From NCBI GenBank assembly GCA_964016885.1, contig OZ024746.1, positions 3,472,001-3,536,000 of the forward strand: 64,000 nucleotides of DNA. The letters run 5' to 3'. This document shows positions 28,401 to 59,115 of the stretch, one piece after another. Below the pieces are notes generated by a model that saw only the letters and a list, made by a program, of their open reading frames with translations, was not told where the DNA came from and made no database searches. Each line of letters opens with the position of its first letter. Positions within the stretch are counted from its first letter, which is position 1. A program made the translations under genes and the position numbers. Source of the stretch: Eledone cirrhosa. Its lineage: Eukaryota.

Positions 28401-30812
28401 CCGAGGAATTCGGTACTGAGGAATAAAATGGAGATTGGCCTAATTTGAAACCAACCACACTAATATTCGCCAGTTGTGATATAAAATAATATACACATAC
28501 ATACACTTGGAAATATATATACAGGGTGTCCCCCCCATAAAATGTATACACATTTTGATTATCTGTACAGGCAATATTTATTAGAATGCTGTTGAAGTGT
28601 GTATATAGTTTTGGGGACACCTTGTATATATATATACATATATATCTCTTTCTCTCTTCTTCCCTCTTTGATATAGATATTTTATATAACGGTTATATTA
28701 TATTTCTTATATCAGATGGAGAAACAGGAAGAAGTCAGTGATGAATCGTGTGTTTTCTATAGGAGTTATCCTTCAGTTAATAGCCAATGCTGCCTTCACT
28801 TGTTTCTTTCTATATGTGTCATGCAAAAATTATCCAGGAGGCTATGCCATCAATAAATTACACATGCTGGAAGATCCAACGAAAGGTAAATATTTTTATT
28901 ATCATTCTATGAATATACTTTAGGTAGAGAGGCCTGTTTGAAAAATATATTGTCGTCTCCATTTCATGCCTCAAAAACTGGTGATGAGCCTCCAGCCTGT
29001 CCTGGGAGACATGGGATAGATGCACATTGAATGTGTATCCCGAGATCTGAAGAGGGTTCAGAATGGAGCAAATGACAATATAAATATGCTTAACTGTTTA
29101 TTCAGGCTGATCATGAAGCCATCCACATTTTCTTAATGTCAATAATTTCAACTGAATATTTATTTTGATTATAAGGTTTTCATTTTCATGTGGGTTTACT
29201 ATATTTTTTGAAGATTTTTGCTGTAATTTAGGATTCAGTTTCTAAACTATCCCAGGTCATATACTAGGGGTGCTGAAAAGCTCCTGGCTTTGGGTAAAAG
29301 AAAATACAGAGGGATCAATTAATTATGATTTTATTCAACATATTCCCCTCTCAGATTCACATACTTATTGCAGTGGTCCTACAGTTTTTCTAAGCCTTGG
29401 AAAAAGAACTCGGAAGGTTGGGCCTCCAACCAGGCCCCTGTAGCAGCAATCAAGCCAGGAACTTTTCAGCACTCCCTTGTATATGCTTGCAGATTTAAAC
29501 AATATTCATAGTATTGAGCCTCATCTAATTAAACTGACATTCAGTGTGAATACAGCCAATGAAACCCTTTATAGTAACACAGTTGACACAAGTATGATTA
29601 AGTGTTTAAGTAGGTTAGTCTCATTCAAACTCCATTGTCACTGCTGAATGACCTGTCTCTCCTCATCTAATGACTCATATATCTTTACCTAGACCTTCCT
29701 TTCTAAAATGTTGGCTTTCTGAAGTTCCCTCTCTATGTATAATTTTTATTTCTGTAACTATTAACTTCAAATATTCAAGACCATTAATCTATTGGACCTG
29801 TGAAGATGATGGCTATAACTGTTTCATTCAAACAATCAACCCCCCGCATCTCATCCTTCTGTATAATGTCATTATAACTTTAATATTTTCCCAGATGTCC
29901 ATGTACACATAGATGTAGCTACAGCTCAGACCGGTGTCTCTCGATTCCTGCAGTTCAACCCTCAATGGAGGTATGTCATTTATGATATTCCTTTTTACCG
30001 TATTATTGCTCTTGAATTCTTACATAAGCTTAAAGACAAGGAATTTGCATGTGTGTGTAAGAGAGAGAGAGAGAGAGACGGGGTGGGGGTGTCAGGTAAC
30101 ATTTTCATAACTGTTTCTCTATGAAATACTCTCTTCCTGACTCAAGGCTATGGTAGGCCATATTTATCCAAGATTTCACACATGGTAATAAAACCTGAAA
30201 CCACTTAACTGCAAAGCAATTATCCTAACCACGTGGTTATAATAACTATATTAAACATTAAGGCAGCAAGTACATCAGATTAAAAAGGCTTTGGTGTCTA
30301 TTTTAGCTCTCCCTGCTCTAAGTTCCAATCCTATTGAAGTCAACTTTGATTTTCATTCTTTCAAGGTTGATAAATAAAGTACCAGTCAAGTACTGGGGTC
30401 AATTCTTCTTTATCACTTTTCTCTCTGGAAGAAATCAGCTGTGTTCCATTGCAAATTAAGGGCCATTACCTTTACTTATGTTAAACTTTGTATACATTTA
30501 AATGTGAATGTGTTCATGTAACCTTTAAAATAAATATTTTCTTGTTTTAGGTATGATAAAACTGAAAACCTACTTCCAGGCAGTGAGATAATGCAAAATT
30601 TCACTCATTTGTTAATTGGGACAAACGATGAAGAAGCGAATGAAATTATTCCTTATAAAAACACACATACTGTAATGGATGAGGTTAAAGGATTTCACAA
30701 AATCAAAATAAACTGGAAAACTATTCCTCCTTTTGATGTTATATCAATACCCAAAATATGGATCATGAAGAAGAAAGAAAGTGTATATTTAGGAAATAAA
30801 TACGTTGCCTAA
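13144..30812 (+). CDS. ALG12: Dol-P-Man:Man7GlcNAc2-PP-Dol alpha-1,6-mannosyltransferase (GT22), 9 coding exons, 1476 nt / 491 aa
   Basis: join(13144-13278,19099-19231,21487-21660,23776-23970,24472-24575,26212-26438,28716-28885,29895-29970,30551-30812). All introns are GT-AG and the frame stays open. Motifs: [66 protein letters not shown]. Confidence 0.96.
13365..13545 (+). mobile_element. tRNA-derived SINE (family A)
   Basis: GGATTGGCAGTATC...GTTAACTTTGCCTTTCATCCTTACGGGGTCGATAAAATAAAGTACCAG...GGCCTTGTGCCAAAAGTAGAAAC. Other copies: 19326-19512, 26523-26708, 27706-27890, 48914-49095 (+); 38990-39180, 40478-40662, 52060-52205, 52672-52775, 57323-57508 (-). Confidence 0.8.
13598..13957. mobile_element. 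mariner-derived MITE with 5 internal 42-bp repeats
   Basis: Ends match the GGGTGCTGAAAAGTTCCTGGCTTT TIRs. Internal unit GTGAAAGGGTAGAGCTGTTACCTTTACAGGGGAGGTAGGACT. Confidence 0.75.
14339..14472. repeat. Fold-back inverted repeat enclosing a hammerhead-like motif (Penelope-like remnant)
   Basis: 32-bp arms GAATTCACAGGAATCAAAGTTATGTTCAAACC and its reverse complement. On - strand: CCGAAGA-c-TCCAAGC ctcg GTTTGGA-t-GAAAC AATT GTA. Confidence 0.65.
15277..16416 (+). mobile_element. 5'-truncated, frameshifted non-LTR retrotransposon (I/Jockey group, Vingi-like)
   Basis: [33 protein letters not shown] (tatgcggatgatctc), [37 protein letters not shown], and an (ATG)n tail. Confidence 0.8.
16471..16597. 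repeat. About 60-bp-arm near-perfect hairpin containing a hammerhead 3' half
   Basis: TAGGAACGAGTAGGACCCC...GGGGTCCTACTCGTTCCTA. Contains CGAAACGGCT tgagctc AGCCGTC. Confidence 0.8.
16697..18808 (-). mobile_element. RTE-clade LINE, 5'-truncated, internal RT deletion, stops and frameshifts
   Basis: [40 protein letters not shown]-like C-rich insert, [23 protein letters not shown], then a 3'UTR ending in (ATG)n. Confidence 0.92.
19099..19231 (+). CDS. ALG12: ALG12 coding exon 2
   Basis: tttcag|[17 protein letters not shown]...MQYV|gttagt, 133 nt. Confidence 0.95.
19744..19793 (-). ncRNA. Type I hammerhead ribozyme motif
   Basis: GGCTC CTGATGA tTTCtcccGAAt GAAACAG ttctattc CTGT A GAAGCC: core, stems I-III and a GUA cleavage triplet. 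Confidence 0.65.
19950..20270 (+). mobile_element. Decayed RTE RT fragment
   Basis: [11 protein letters not shown]...RQLQE...[10 protein letters not shown]...[13 protein letters not shown]. Confidence 0.7.
20286..20478. mobile_element. Penelope-like pseudo-LTR remnant with head-to-head hammerhead copies
   Basis: Inverted repeat at 20376-20478. The - strand has CTGATGA...GAAACAG. The + strand has GGCTTC CTGATA AAACAG..CTGTA GAAGCC with stem II deleted. Confidence 0.6.
20740..20815 (-). ncRNA. Type I hammerhead ribozyme motif
   Basis: ACCTG CTGATGA GCC...GGC GAAACA ...TGT T CAGGT: 5-bp stem I, canonical G-C base of stem II, 3-bp stem III, GUU triplet. Confidence 0.7.
20783..20981. repeat. 40-bp tandem repeat x5, perfect
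   Basis: GGTACCATAACCTCCCAGGGCTCATCAGCAGGTGTAAAGT. Confidence 0.97.
21487..21660 (+). CDS. ALG12: ALG12 coding exon 3
   Basis: tttcag|..RYCLG...[21 protein letters not shown]|gtaagt, 174 nt. Confidence 0.95.
21710..21950 (+). mobile_element. tRNA-derived SINE (family B)
   Basis: Near-identical to 51266-51515. Confidence 0.8.
22919..23121. repeat. 48-bp tandem repeat, about 4 copies
   Basis: ATGACCACCTTACAGTGTGGACTGGGTACTTTTTCTTGTGATACTGAC. Confidence 0.9.
23776..23970 (+). CDS. ALG12: ALG12 coding exon 4
   Basis: ttacag|..LLSLKSWL...[13 protein letters not shown]...ATIL|gtaagt, 195 nt. Confidence 0.93.
24472..24575 (+). CDS. ALG12: ALG12 coding exon 5
   Basis: ctaaag|..[34 protein letters not shown]|gtatcctt, 104 nt. 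Absent from the ORF track. Confidence 0.94.
24747..24965. mobile_element. piggyBac-type MITE
   Basis: TTAA-flanked TIRs. Empty-site paralogues near 26880 and 63822 carry a single TTAA. Confidence 0.8.
25058..25740 (+). mobile_element. RTE LINE 3' fragment with a 99-bp segment in 5 tandem copies (25058-25537)
   Basis: Units start at 25058, 25157, 25256, 25355 and 25451. They read [25 protein letters not shown], then [16 protein letters not shown]. Confidence 0.85.
26212..26438 (+). CDS. ALG12: ALG12 coding exon 6
   Basis: gccag|[17 protein letters not shown]...[25 protein letters not shown]..|gtaaga, 227 nt. Confidence 0.94.
28034..28146. repeat. Fold-back inverted repeat (Penelope-like remnant)
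   Basis: TTAAAATAACAGATTAAAGTTTAA...TTAAACTTTAATCTGTTATTTTAA. A rearranged second copy is at about 41378-41510. Confidence 0.65.
28522..28624. mobile_element. Tc1/mariner MITE
   Basis: TA-CAGGGTGTCCCC...GGGGACACCTTG-TA. The copy at 52530-52867 carries a nested SINE. Confidence 0.7.
28716..28885 (+). CDS. ALG12: ALG12 coding exon 7
   Basis: atcag|.WRNRKKS...[15 protein letters not shown]..|gtaaat, 170 nt. Confidence 0.94.
29262..29481 (-). mobile_element. mariner internal-deletion derivative
   Basis: Same TIRs as 13598 and 43542. The - strand retains the transposase C-terminus [32 protein letters not shown]. Confidence 0.8.
29895..29970 (+). CDS. ALG12: ALG12 coding exon 8
   Basis: cccag|.[24 protein letters not shown].|gtatgt, 76 nt. 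Confidence 0.95.
30551..30812 (+). CDS. ALG12: ALG12 coding exon 9 (terminal)
   Basis: ttttag|.YDKTENL...FTHLL...[20 protein letters not shown]. Confidence 0.93.
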
Positions 30813-31313
30813 TTAATGACATTTCATTTTTAATTAATTGTATACCACTAACGTCTTCCCATGTACACACATTCAAACATACACCTTGTATACACCTTTT
30901 AACCACTAATCCAACTCCTGTCCTCACCACCTTTACACTGTCAACAAAACATATCCAGCACTCACCGTAAAGTGGTCGTGTAGGTCTCACATAGTGTAAA
31001 TGTGGTTGGCATTAGGAAGGCATCCAGCCCTAGAAACCTACCCAGAAACAGTCCTATATGAGTAAGACACAGTCACCTGACCAAACATACCTGAGATGGG
31101 ATGACCCATCTAACCCATGCTAGCGTCGAAAATGGACGTTAAACGATGATGATGATATGCTCATCTTAACCACTCAACACAAATAGCAAAGTGTTAAGAT
31201 ATAGCTGGCTGAGCTGCTATATTTAGGCAATTGGCTGATCACTTCCTTAATCAATTGGCTGATCACTTCCTTAATTGTGCCCCACTCCCATCATTCTAAC
31301 CATTCTTCAGTTG

Positions 31314-32530
31314 CATCATCATCATTGTTTTTATGTCTGTTTTTCTATACTTGCATGGGTTGGATGGGTCCTTTACACCACAACATCTCTCTACACAATG
31401 TGTTCCTCCATCTCTTCTGTGAGTCTCAGTGTTTTGAGGTCAGCTCTCACCACCTTTCTCCAGGTCTTTCTTGGTCTACCTCTACTGCAGCTTCCTTCCA
31501 CTGGGATTTCTTGGCATTTCTTCACCCAGCGATCATCATCCATGGGCATTACGTGTCCGTACCAATGCAGTGGACTCTCCTGCACACCACTTCACATTCC
31601 TCTTAAACATAGTTTCTCCCTCAGTTCATCTAAGCTCTGCCTTCCTCTTTCATTTATATTGCCCATCCAATGAAGCATGGTTGCTTCATTTCTCTCCAGT
31701 CTACACATGTCCTCAGCAGTCACTGCCCAGGTTTCACTACCATGTAGCACCACATGTCCTCAGCAGTCACTGCCCAGGTTTCACTACCATGTAGCACCAC
31801 ATGTCCTCTGCAGTCACTGCCTGTGTTTCACTACCTTGTAGCACCACATGTCCTCAGCAGTCACTGCCCAGGTTTCACTACCATGTAGCACCACATATCC
31901 TCTGCAGTCACTGCCTGTATTTCACTACCATGTAGAACCACATGTCCTCAGCAGTCACTGCCCAGGTTTCACTACCATGTAGCACCACATGTCCTCTGCA
32001 GTCACTACCCATGTTTCATTACCATGTAGCACCACATGTCCTCTGCAGTCACTGCCCATGTTTCACTACCATGTAGCACCACATGTCCTCTGCAGTCGCT
32101 GCCTGTATTTCACTACCATGTAGCACCACATGTCCTCAGCAGTCACTACCCATGTTTCACTACCATGTAGCACCACATGTCCTCAGCAGTCACTGCCCAG
32201 ATTTCACTACCATGTAGCACCACATGTCCTCAGCAGTCACTTCCCATGTAGCACCACATGTCCTCAGCAGTCACTGCCCAGGTTTCACTACCATGTAGCA
32301 CCACATATCCTCAGCAATCACTGCCCATGTTTCACTACCATGTAGCACCACATGTCCTCAGCAGTCACTGCCCATGTTTCACTACCATGTAGCACCACAT
32401 GTCCCCTGCAGTCACTGCCCAGGTTTCACTACCATGTAGCACCACACTTCACACAGGTGTCATAGAGTCGTACTTTTATACACAAGGAGAAATATTTTGT
32501 TGTCAACGGTGATAGTCGCTCTCTCAGTAC
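31314..32530 (-). mobile_element. RTE LINE 3' remnant interrupted by an internal minisatellite
   Basis: RLYDTCV...[array]...LHWYGHVMPMDDDRWVKKC...GRPRKTW, then an (ATG)n tail. Confidence 0.8.
31704..32445. repeat. 47-bp minisatellite, about 16 units
   Basis: ACATGTCCTCAGCAGTCACTGCCCAGGTTTCACTACCATGTAGCACC. Confidence 0.96.
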
Positions 32531-33250
32531 AATATCTCTCCACTTGTCCATCTCTTCCCTGAGCTTTAGCGATCTCAGATCAGCTCTCATCACTTCCATC
32601 CAGGTCACACCATATCTTCCCGGCAATTACCTTTGCAATGTTCAGCTACTTGTATGGTAATTCCACGAGCCGGCTGTTCCATTGATTGAACAAGAACAAC
32701 AACAACACTTTTCTTACATTATGTCTACACATTTGGCTGCAAATGACTGGTGGATAGAGGTTAGTTGGTAACAACAATAACAGCTCATACTAACCAGGTA
32801 TATGTTACTGGAATGAAAGGATAGCTAAGTTGAAGCCAAATCATTTGGTGGACAAATTTTAGAATGGCAGGCTGGTCGATCTTAGAAATACGAAGGGAAA
32901 TAAAACACAAAATAGATCCTTTTAATTTCATTGATACAATCAAAGAAGATTGTTGACTAGCACGACATTAGCTCTGATTGCAAAACAAACAAAAAAAAAA
33001 AGAAAGAAAGACCAATGCTCTGGAGAAAAGTGAACGTTATAGTCCAATATTTCAGCTCTAAAAATATGAAACTGTCTTCATAAATGAGCTACATTACCAT
33101 GAAGCTCATTAAAAATGGCAAAAGAGCAAGATCCATAGAAAACTGGAATAATTGCCATATTCCATTAACTTTCTTCTCTTTATATTATGAGTTCAAACGC
33201 TATTGTTCAAATCCTAGTACATTTCACATTGGATTTGTTCCCATCGACTA

Positions 33251-33428
33251 TACGAGGTGGTGCTCAAAGGTTCATGGCTTTAAGGGTATTGTGAAAGGGT
33301 AGAGCTGTTACCTTTACAGGGGAGGTAGGACTGTGAAAGGGTAGAGCTGTTACCTTTACAGGGGAGGTAGGACCACTGCAATAAGTGTGTGAATCTGAGA
33401 GGGGAATATCTTGAATAAAATCATAATT
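33251..33428. mobile_element. Truncated mariner MITE with two 42-bp units
   Basis: TACGAGGTGGTGCTCAAAGGTTCATGGCTTT TIR and the same internal unit as 13598 and 43542. Confidence 0.7.
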
Positions 33429-34725
33429 AGACAGTTATCTTCTCAAATATGGTTATTATGAGTTTCATCAAGACATATGCTGTCTTTACGTTGAATTTTA
33501 CAAAAAAGCATTGCACCTGAATCATCCTCTCGTTATTACGAGCAATAAAAACAATAACAACAACATTAACACCATTATTTTTAATGTTATCAATATCGAC
33601 AATTCATCTTTAGAAATAAATCAATGTACACATACGTAGCAGAAATGTATAGCCAAAAGTTCTATACCTTATACAACAGCTCATTACTCTTTGGTAAAGT
33701 GTTTCAAATGTGAAGCAGAAGTTTTAGTTTATCGAATTATCCAATCTCAGTGTTACCAGTCTATGATTTTTTTTCTCCTTTTCTCCACAAATATCGCGAT
33801 CTGATGTTGAGGTTTGACGAGAATTTACGGTAATCAGATAGTGACGAAGTATATTGTCTCACTCCACGAAGTATGACAGTCTCACGCCATTTGAATGTTT
33901 AAATTCAGCCAGATACATAACTTTTATCCAAACGGAGAGAGAGAGAGACCGAAAATTCTCAGGAAACTTTTGTATAAGCTCCATTTCCTCTACACACACA
34001 GACACACAGACGCGGGGTAACTCTCACCTCTGTCTTATCTGACAATGACACTGTTCATCCATTGATACAGTTTAGAAAAAATATCAGAAAAGAATTCAGA
34101 ATAATTCAAAAATAATAATAATAATAAAAATCAAATATTTCATCTTAATTTCCGTTCTTTCTTTCCTTCATTTTTCAATATTTCAATATCTTCCCAAACC
34201 ATGTCGTTTCTAGACGTTTGCTAATATTTTTCATTATAAATCTTTTATGTTTTCACACCTTCACTTGTTATAAGATTTTCGGTTTCTCCTTGTGTACATT
34301 CGTAGATAAATTCATAAATGTGGTTTTATGTCATGTATAATAAAATTTTAATTTTTATGAATTCAAGTGGCGATAAAATTTGTCTACGTCTTGATAAATG
34401 TCATTTCATCTTAAATTAATTATTTGATCTCTCATTAATGAGTTCTCCAGTTGTAGATGCTTCAATAATCAATGTTCTTTTTGGAGATATTTTCCATAGC
34501 TTTTCTTTCGTATGCTATTTGCATGTTATATATTCTTTTAATACCTTTGTAAATGTTCGGCTTGCAAAATTAATTTCCCCGGAGTAATATATATTTCCAA
34601 AGAAAAAAAAAAAAAGCCCACGTTTTTAAAGAAAACCCAGAAATTTGGACAATTTTGAATGTTCTGAGATTTACCAATTATTCTGTATTAATTTTAAGCG
34701 TGTTCTTAAACACTGCACAACCGAT

Positions 34726-34756
<31 letters not shown>

Positions 34757-35089
34757 ATTTACAACCTAAACAGAAAATAAACTTTTCAATAAATAACTTT
34801 TTACAGTGATCATTCCTCCCTCTTTTACTAGGAAATGTCCAAGGTTATTTGGAGGAATATTATTCTAAGGATTAACATTCCGTGAATTGTAATGACTTTT
34901 GTGAAGAGAAGTGGAATGTCATTTTAATCATTGTTACTTCCAGAAATATGTTAGTCGGAGGTTTATTATTCCACTTGTTATTTCTTTATATTGTTCCGTG
35001 TTGGAAAGAAAGCAAGTGTCCTCTTTTAAGGTAAACTCTACTTTTGACAAGTAGTGTTAAAGTTTTGATAGTTGGAAAAATACTTGGAA

Positions 35090-35386
35090 TATGTATATAT
35101 ATATAATATATATAATATGTATATATATATATATATATCTTTCTACATATATATATGAACACATATATACACATACATATATATACACACATATATACAT
35201 ACATATATATACATACAAATGCATACTTATATATATACATATACATACATATTCATACATATATATACGTACATATATATATATATATACGCACACACAC
35301 ACACACATATACATATATATATATATATATATATACACAAGTACACAAGCTCACATGCATGCACACACACATACACACACACTGAT

Positions 35387-35418
<32 letters not shown>
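35090..35418. repeat. (AT)/(AC) compound microsatellite
   Basis: Direct inspection. Similar tracts at 38050-38295, 41014-41091, 43884-44058, 52317-52503 and 56936-57110. Confidence 0.95.
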
Positions 35419-35420
<2 letters not shown>

Positions 35421-35759
35421 TGTTCTGATAAGATGGTTATGTTACGTCAGTTGTATGGATGAGAAACTTGCTTTTTTCATTTCATCTTGTTGCTTTTACA
35501 AAAGGAAAGCTGGAGCAGAATCGTTTTGATAGTTTTTTCTCAGAAATTTAGTTTTTCCCTCTACAGAAACTTTTCTTTATTCCTAGATGAGGTGAATGAA
35601 TGAAAGTGGAATGCGTTTACATCATTTTTTGTTTTCTTAAATTCATCTGACAATAATGTTTCAGTATGATAAATATATAGATACACTACCTTTCGAATAT
35701 TTTCCAAGTTTTAACCTTATTATTTACACACCATAAAACATCATCGTAGGCAAAGTCTT

Positions 35760-54873
<19,114 letters not shown>

Positions 54874-56797
54874 CTAGAAAAGAAGAAAAAATAATACTTT
54901 ATAAATATTTAAAATTTTGATAATATTTTCATCTGTTCCTCTCTATATTTCAGTATTGAACTGCGAGGAAAATTTAGCTCAGTAGTGTCTTATGTATGTA
55001 TGTAGTGGCGAACAGTAACAGTACAAATACGTTATATATAAAATGACCAGGGTACAAGGAAAAAACTAGGTAAAATCCGTTGAAAATCGAAGAAAGATTT
55101 ATTGCATGATATGATCTTTTATACGTATTTCAATGCTGTTACATAATTGCTTATGAGAGCTGAAAGAATGTTACATAAATTCACTATGTCGCACTGTTTA
55201 TTTACAATAGCATTTCTTCAGAGAGGTCAATATTAGAAGTAAAGCACTAAGCTTTACTTCTAATTTTAACCAGTCGGGATGAAAACAAAACCTGTCAAAG
55301 GGCAGAGTAACACAAAGGAGTGAACGGCCATCCAATATAGTATTTTTGTGTGGAGCGAGAGACTCCTAGTCTTCATTAAGACATCTCTCTAGGAGAAGGT
55401 CACTCTGTTATAAAACCTACAACTTCGTATGCATCCAGTGATGTAGACCAGTTCTTCTTTTTGGGTAAATGAATTCGATGTTCTGAGTGTGGGATTGGCT
55501 CCGTACAAAACCTTTCCTCACTTAAAAAAGCTTCAAGCTCAGACATTGCTTGATATGTGACATTTATTGCGATGCATGTCATTTCTGACCATAGGCAAGT
55601 CCCTAACAGGACTAAAAAGCAATGTCCGTGATACTCATGATTAAGTATCAAGCGATGGCATTACTGGAAATCGAGTTGCATTTATAATCGTGTATGTATG
55701 TTTGTATGTGAAGAAAGACTGTGCACTGAGCCAATCCCACTTTCTGAGAGACAGTAGCTATAACCCGAACAGAAGAAAAGATCAACATCATCGGTAACTA
55801 CTGAGCCGCAGGTTTTATGTCGGAGTTATCCCAGTTTCCCGAGTTGCCTTCTCCCTTAAAAAAAATTTTGGGCACAGGCATTGCACGATGGAATTAATTA
55901 ATAATTACTAATAATGGTATATCGTCCAATGGCCATACTCGATAACGAGGGGGCAGCCGTCATCATGTATGCATGTATGTATGTATGTATGTATGTGTAT
56001 ATGTATGTACGTATGTATGTGTGTATGTTTGTGTGTATGTATGTATGTATGTATGTGTGTGCGTGTGTGTGTATATATATATGTATATGTATATTATTAT
56101 TGTTGTTGTTGTCGTTATTATTATTGTTGTTATTATTATTATTATTGTTATTAATGTATATGTGTGTATATATATATGTGTGTGTATATATATATATATA
56201 TGTATGTGTATTATGTCAGGTCACCAGTTGGTGCTACTGGTAACATGTATCCCAGTACAACCTGGTCGGGTCGTTGGCGACTAAACTGGCAACCCCACCA
56301 AGGTTTCTTGGTGAGGAGGGTGACTTTGGACATCCTGCAGGACTAAAAACAAAACCTGTCAAAGGGCAAAGGACCTCTTAAGAGTCAATGGCCATCCAAA
56401 ATCACCGGGAGAGATGACCCCTTAGGCTTTGTCAAGGCAGAATTCTAGGAGAAGGAAAACTCTGATATAACACCTGTAACCCTGATGGTATCCAATGATG
56501 TTGACTTGTTCTTCTTTTTGGTAAATATCATCTTGGTTAAGAGAGTGGGACTGGCTTTGTGCAGTACCTTTGCTCACTATAAAAGCTTCACGGCACAGGC
56601 ATTGCTTTATATCTGGAGATCTCTCTGCACTTGTCGTCAGATGGTACCATGGGCCCAGCACTATGTGTCAATAATTGTCACAAGTGTAGTGTTTGTACCA
56701 GAGTTTTCAAATCGCACTCGTTCAGCGCATCCGTAGGGGTTCTCCTACATGGATATAAAGTAGTGGCCGTACTCGAAAACGAGTTGGCAGCCACCAT

Positions 56798-56841
<44 letters not shown>

Positions 56842-57139
56842 CTTTTTTTATTCTTTTCTTTTCTTTTTTATTTATTTATTATTATTTTTTTTTCTCGTGC
56901 AATGGCCATACTCGATAACGAGGGGGCAGCCATCATGTATGTATGTATGTATGTATGTATGTATGTATGTATGTATGTATGTACGTATGTGTGTATGTGT
57001 GTATGTGTGTTTGTATGTATGTATGTATGTATGTATGTATGTATGTATGTATGTATGTATGTATGTATGTATGTATGTATGTATGTATGTATGTATGTAT
57101 ATATGTACGTATGTTATCTCTTTCTCTTAATTTCGAGTA

Positions 57140-57628
57140 TATTTATTTGACCGGCCACCTTCCTGGTGGCAAGGTTGTAAAAGAAAAGAAATTGTCATCC
57201 CTTGAATCGCAAGAATGTTTTGCAAATTTTGAAGGTGCCACGCAGCCATTTGTAGACTATGAATTAGGGAGCTGCGCTCTTTGTCCGCAAATCCAAGTTC
57301 AGTCATACTTTGGTCCAATAATTGTTTCTACTATTGGCACAAGGCCAGCAAAATACCCAGTACATTACTGGTACTTTATTTTATCGACCCCGTAAGGATG
57401 AAAGGCAAAGTTAACCTCGGCGGGATTTGAACTCAGAATGGAAAGGACTATAACTCTATGCGTCAAAGCATGGCGTCCGACCCTCAAGCGATACTGCCAA
57501 TCCACCGCCTTTGGTCCAATAATGATGGGTATGAAGCTAAAGGTGTATCTTGGATACTGGATTTGTAAACTCCTCATCAATGGTCCGTAGCTGTCCTCCT
57601 TCCCCTGTATTTTTCTGACAACGTTTAC
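57140..57628 (-). mobile_element. RLE-type non-LTR 3' fragment split by a family-A SINE
   Basis: [38 protein letters not shown] / LIHSLQMAA..GTFKICKTFL. SINE at 57323-57508 with TSD CTTTGGTCCAATAAT. Confidence 0.65.
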
Positions 57629-58177
57629 ATGTATGTATGTATGTATGTATGTATGTATGTATGTATGTATGTATGTATGTATGTATGTATGTATGTAGCT
57701 ATAACCCGAAAAGAAGAAAAGATCAACATCATCGGTAACTACTGAGCCGCAGGTTTTATATCGGAGTTATCCCAGTTTCCTGAGTTGCCTTCTCCTAGAA
57801 GAATGCCCTGACAAAGGCTAGGGGTCCTTCAGAGAGTGGATTGGCTCAGTGCACAGTCTTTCCTCATTTAAAAAAATATCTTCATGCACAGACATTGCAT
57901 GATAGAATTAATTAATAATGCTATATCGTGCAATGGCCATACTCGATAACGAGGGGGCAGCCATCATCATCATGTATGTATGTATGTATGTATGTATGTA
58001 TGTATGTATGTATGTATGTATGTATGTATGTATAGAGAATGTCAGACAGAATACTTTCCGGTATCCGTTCCAGTTATCTCCACTCAAATTCCGCGGGGGA
58101 GGTCACCTTTGCCTTTCATCCTTTCGAGGTCGATAAAAAAGTACCAGTGAAATACTGCGTTACATTCTTCCTCTACA

Positions 58178-59115
58178 TTTCTTTCTCACTTCCTCTCTCT
58201 CACTCTCTCTCTATCTCTCACTTCCTCTCTCTCACTCTCTCTCTATCTCTCACTTCCTCTCTCTCACTCTCTCACTCTCTCTCACTTCCTCTCACTCACT
58301 CTCTCTCTCTCTCTCTCACTTCCTCTCTCTCACTCTCTCTCTCACTTCCTCTCTCTCACTTCCTCTCACTCACTCTCTCTCTCTCTCTCTCTCACTCTCT
58401 CTCTCACTTCCTCTCTCTCACTTCCTCTCTCTCACTCTCTCTCTCACTTCCTCTCTCTCACTCTCTCTCTCTCTCTCTCACTTCCTCTCTCTCACTCTCT
58501 CTCTCACTTCCTCTCTCTCACTCTCTCTCTCTCTCTCTCACTTCCTCTCTCTCACTCTCTCTCTATCCTTCTCTGGAAGACATTTGTTGTATTCAGACCA
58601 GCAGTGAAGATAAGCTCCACCAGGTTTTAAAATGTCCAAGATACGCCGTATGTCAATATGGCGACGAGTCCATGTGTGTGTGTGTGTGTGCCTGTCTGTG
58701 TGATGTGTGTGTGCCTGTGTGTGTGTGTCTGTCTGTGTGTCTGTCTGTGTGTCTGTGTGTGTGTCTGTGTGTGTGTGTGTCTGTGTGTGTGTCTGTGTGT
58801 GTGTATGTGTGTGTGTGTGCCTGTCTGTGTGATGTGTGTGTGCCTCTGTGTGTGTGTGTGTGTGTGTATCTGTGTCTGTGTCTGTGTGTCTGTCTGTCTG
58901 TGTGTCTGTGTGTGTGTCTGTGTGTGTCTGTGTGTGTGTGTGTCTGTGTGTCTGTCTGTGTCTGTGTCTGTGTGTCTGTCTGTCTGTGTGTCTGTGTGTG
59001 TGTCTGTGTGTGTGTCTGTGTGTCTGTCTGTGTGTGTGTCTGTGTGTGTGTCTGTGTGTGTCTGTGTGTGTGTCTGTGTGTGTGTCTGTGTGTATGTGTG
59101 TCTGTGTCTGTCTGT
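58178..59115. repeat. (CT)-rich and (GT)-rich low-complexity tracts
   Basis: 58178-58565 is CT/CACTT-rich and 58672-59115 is GT/GTCT-rich. Confidence 0.95.

Noticed and set aside
58570-58672. Unique island between microsatellites as an aGPCR upstream exon
   Set aside because: It has no usable splice sites or domain motif.
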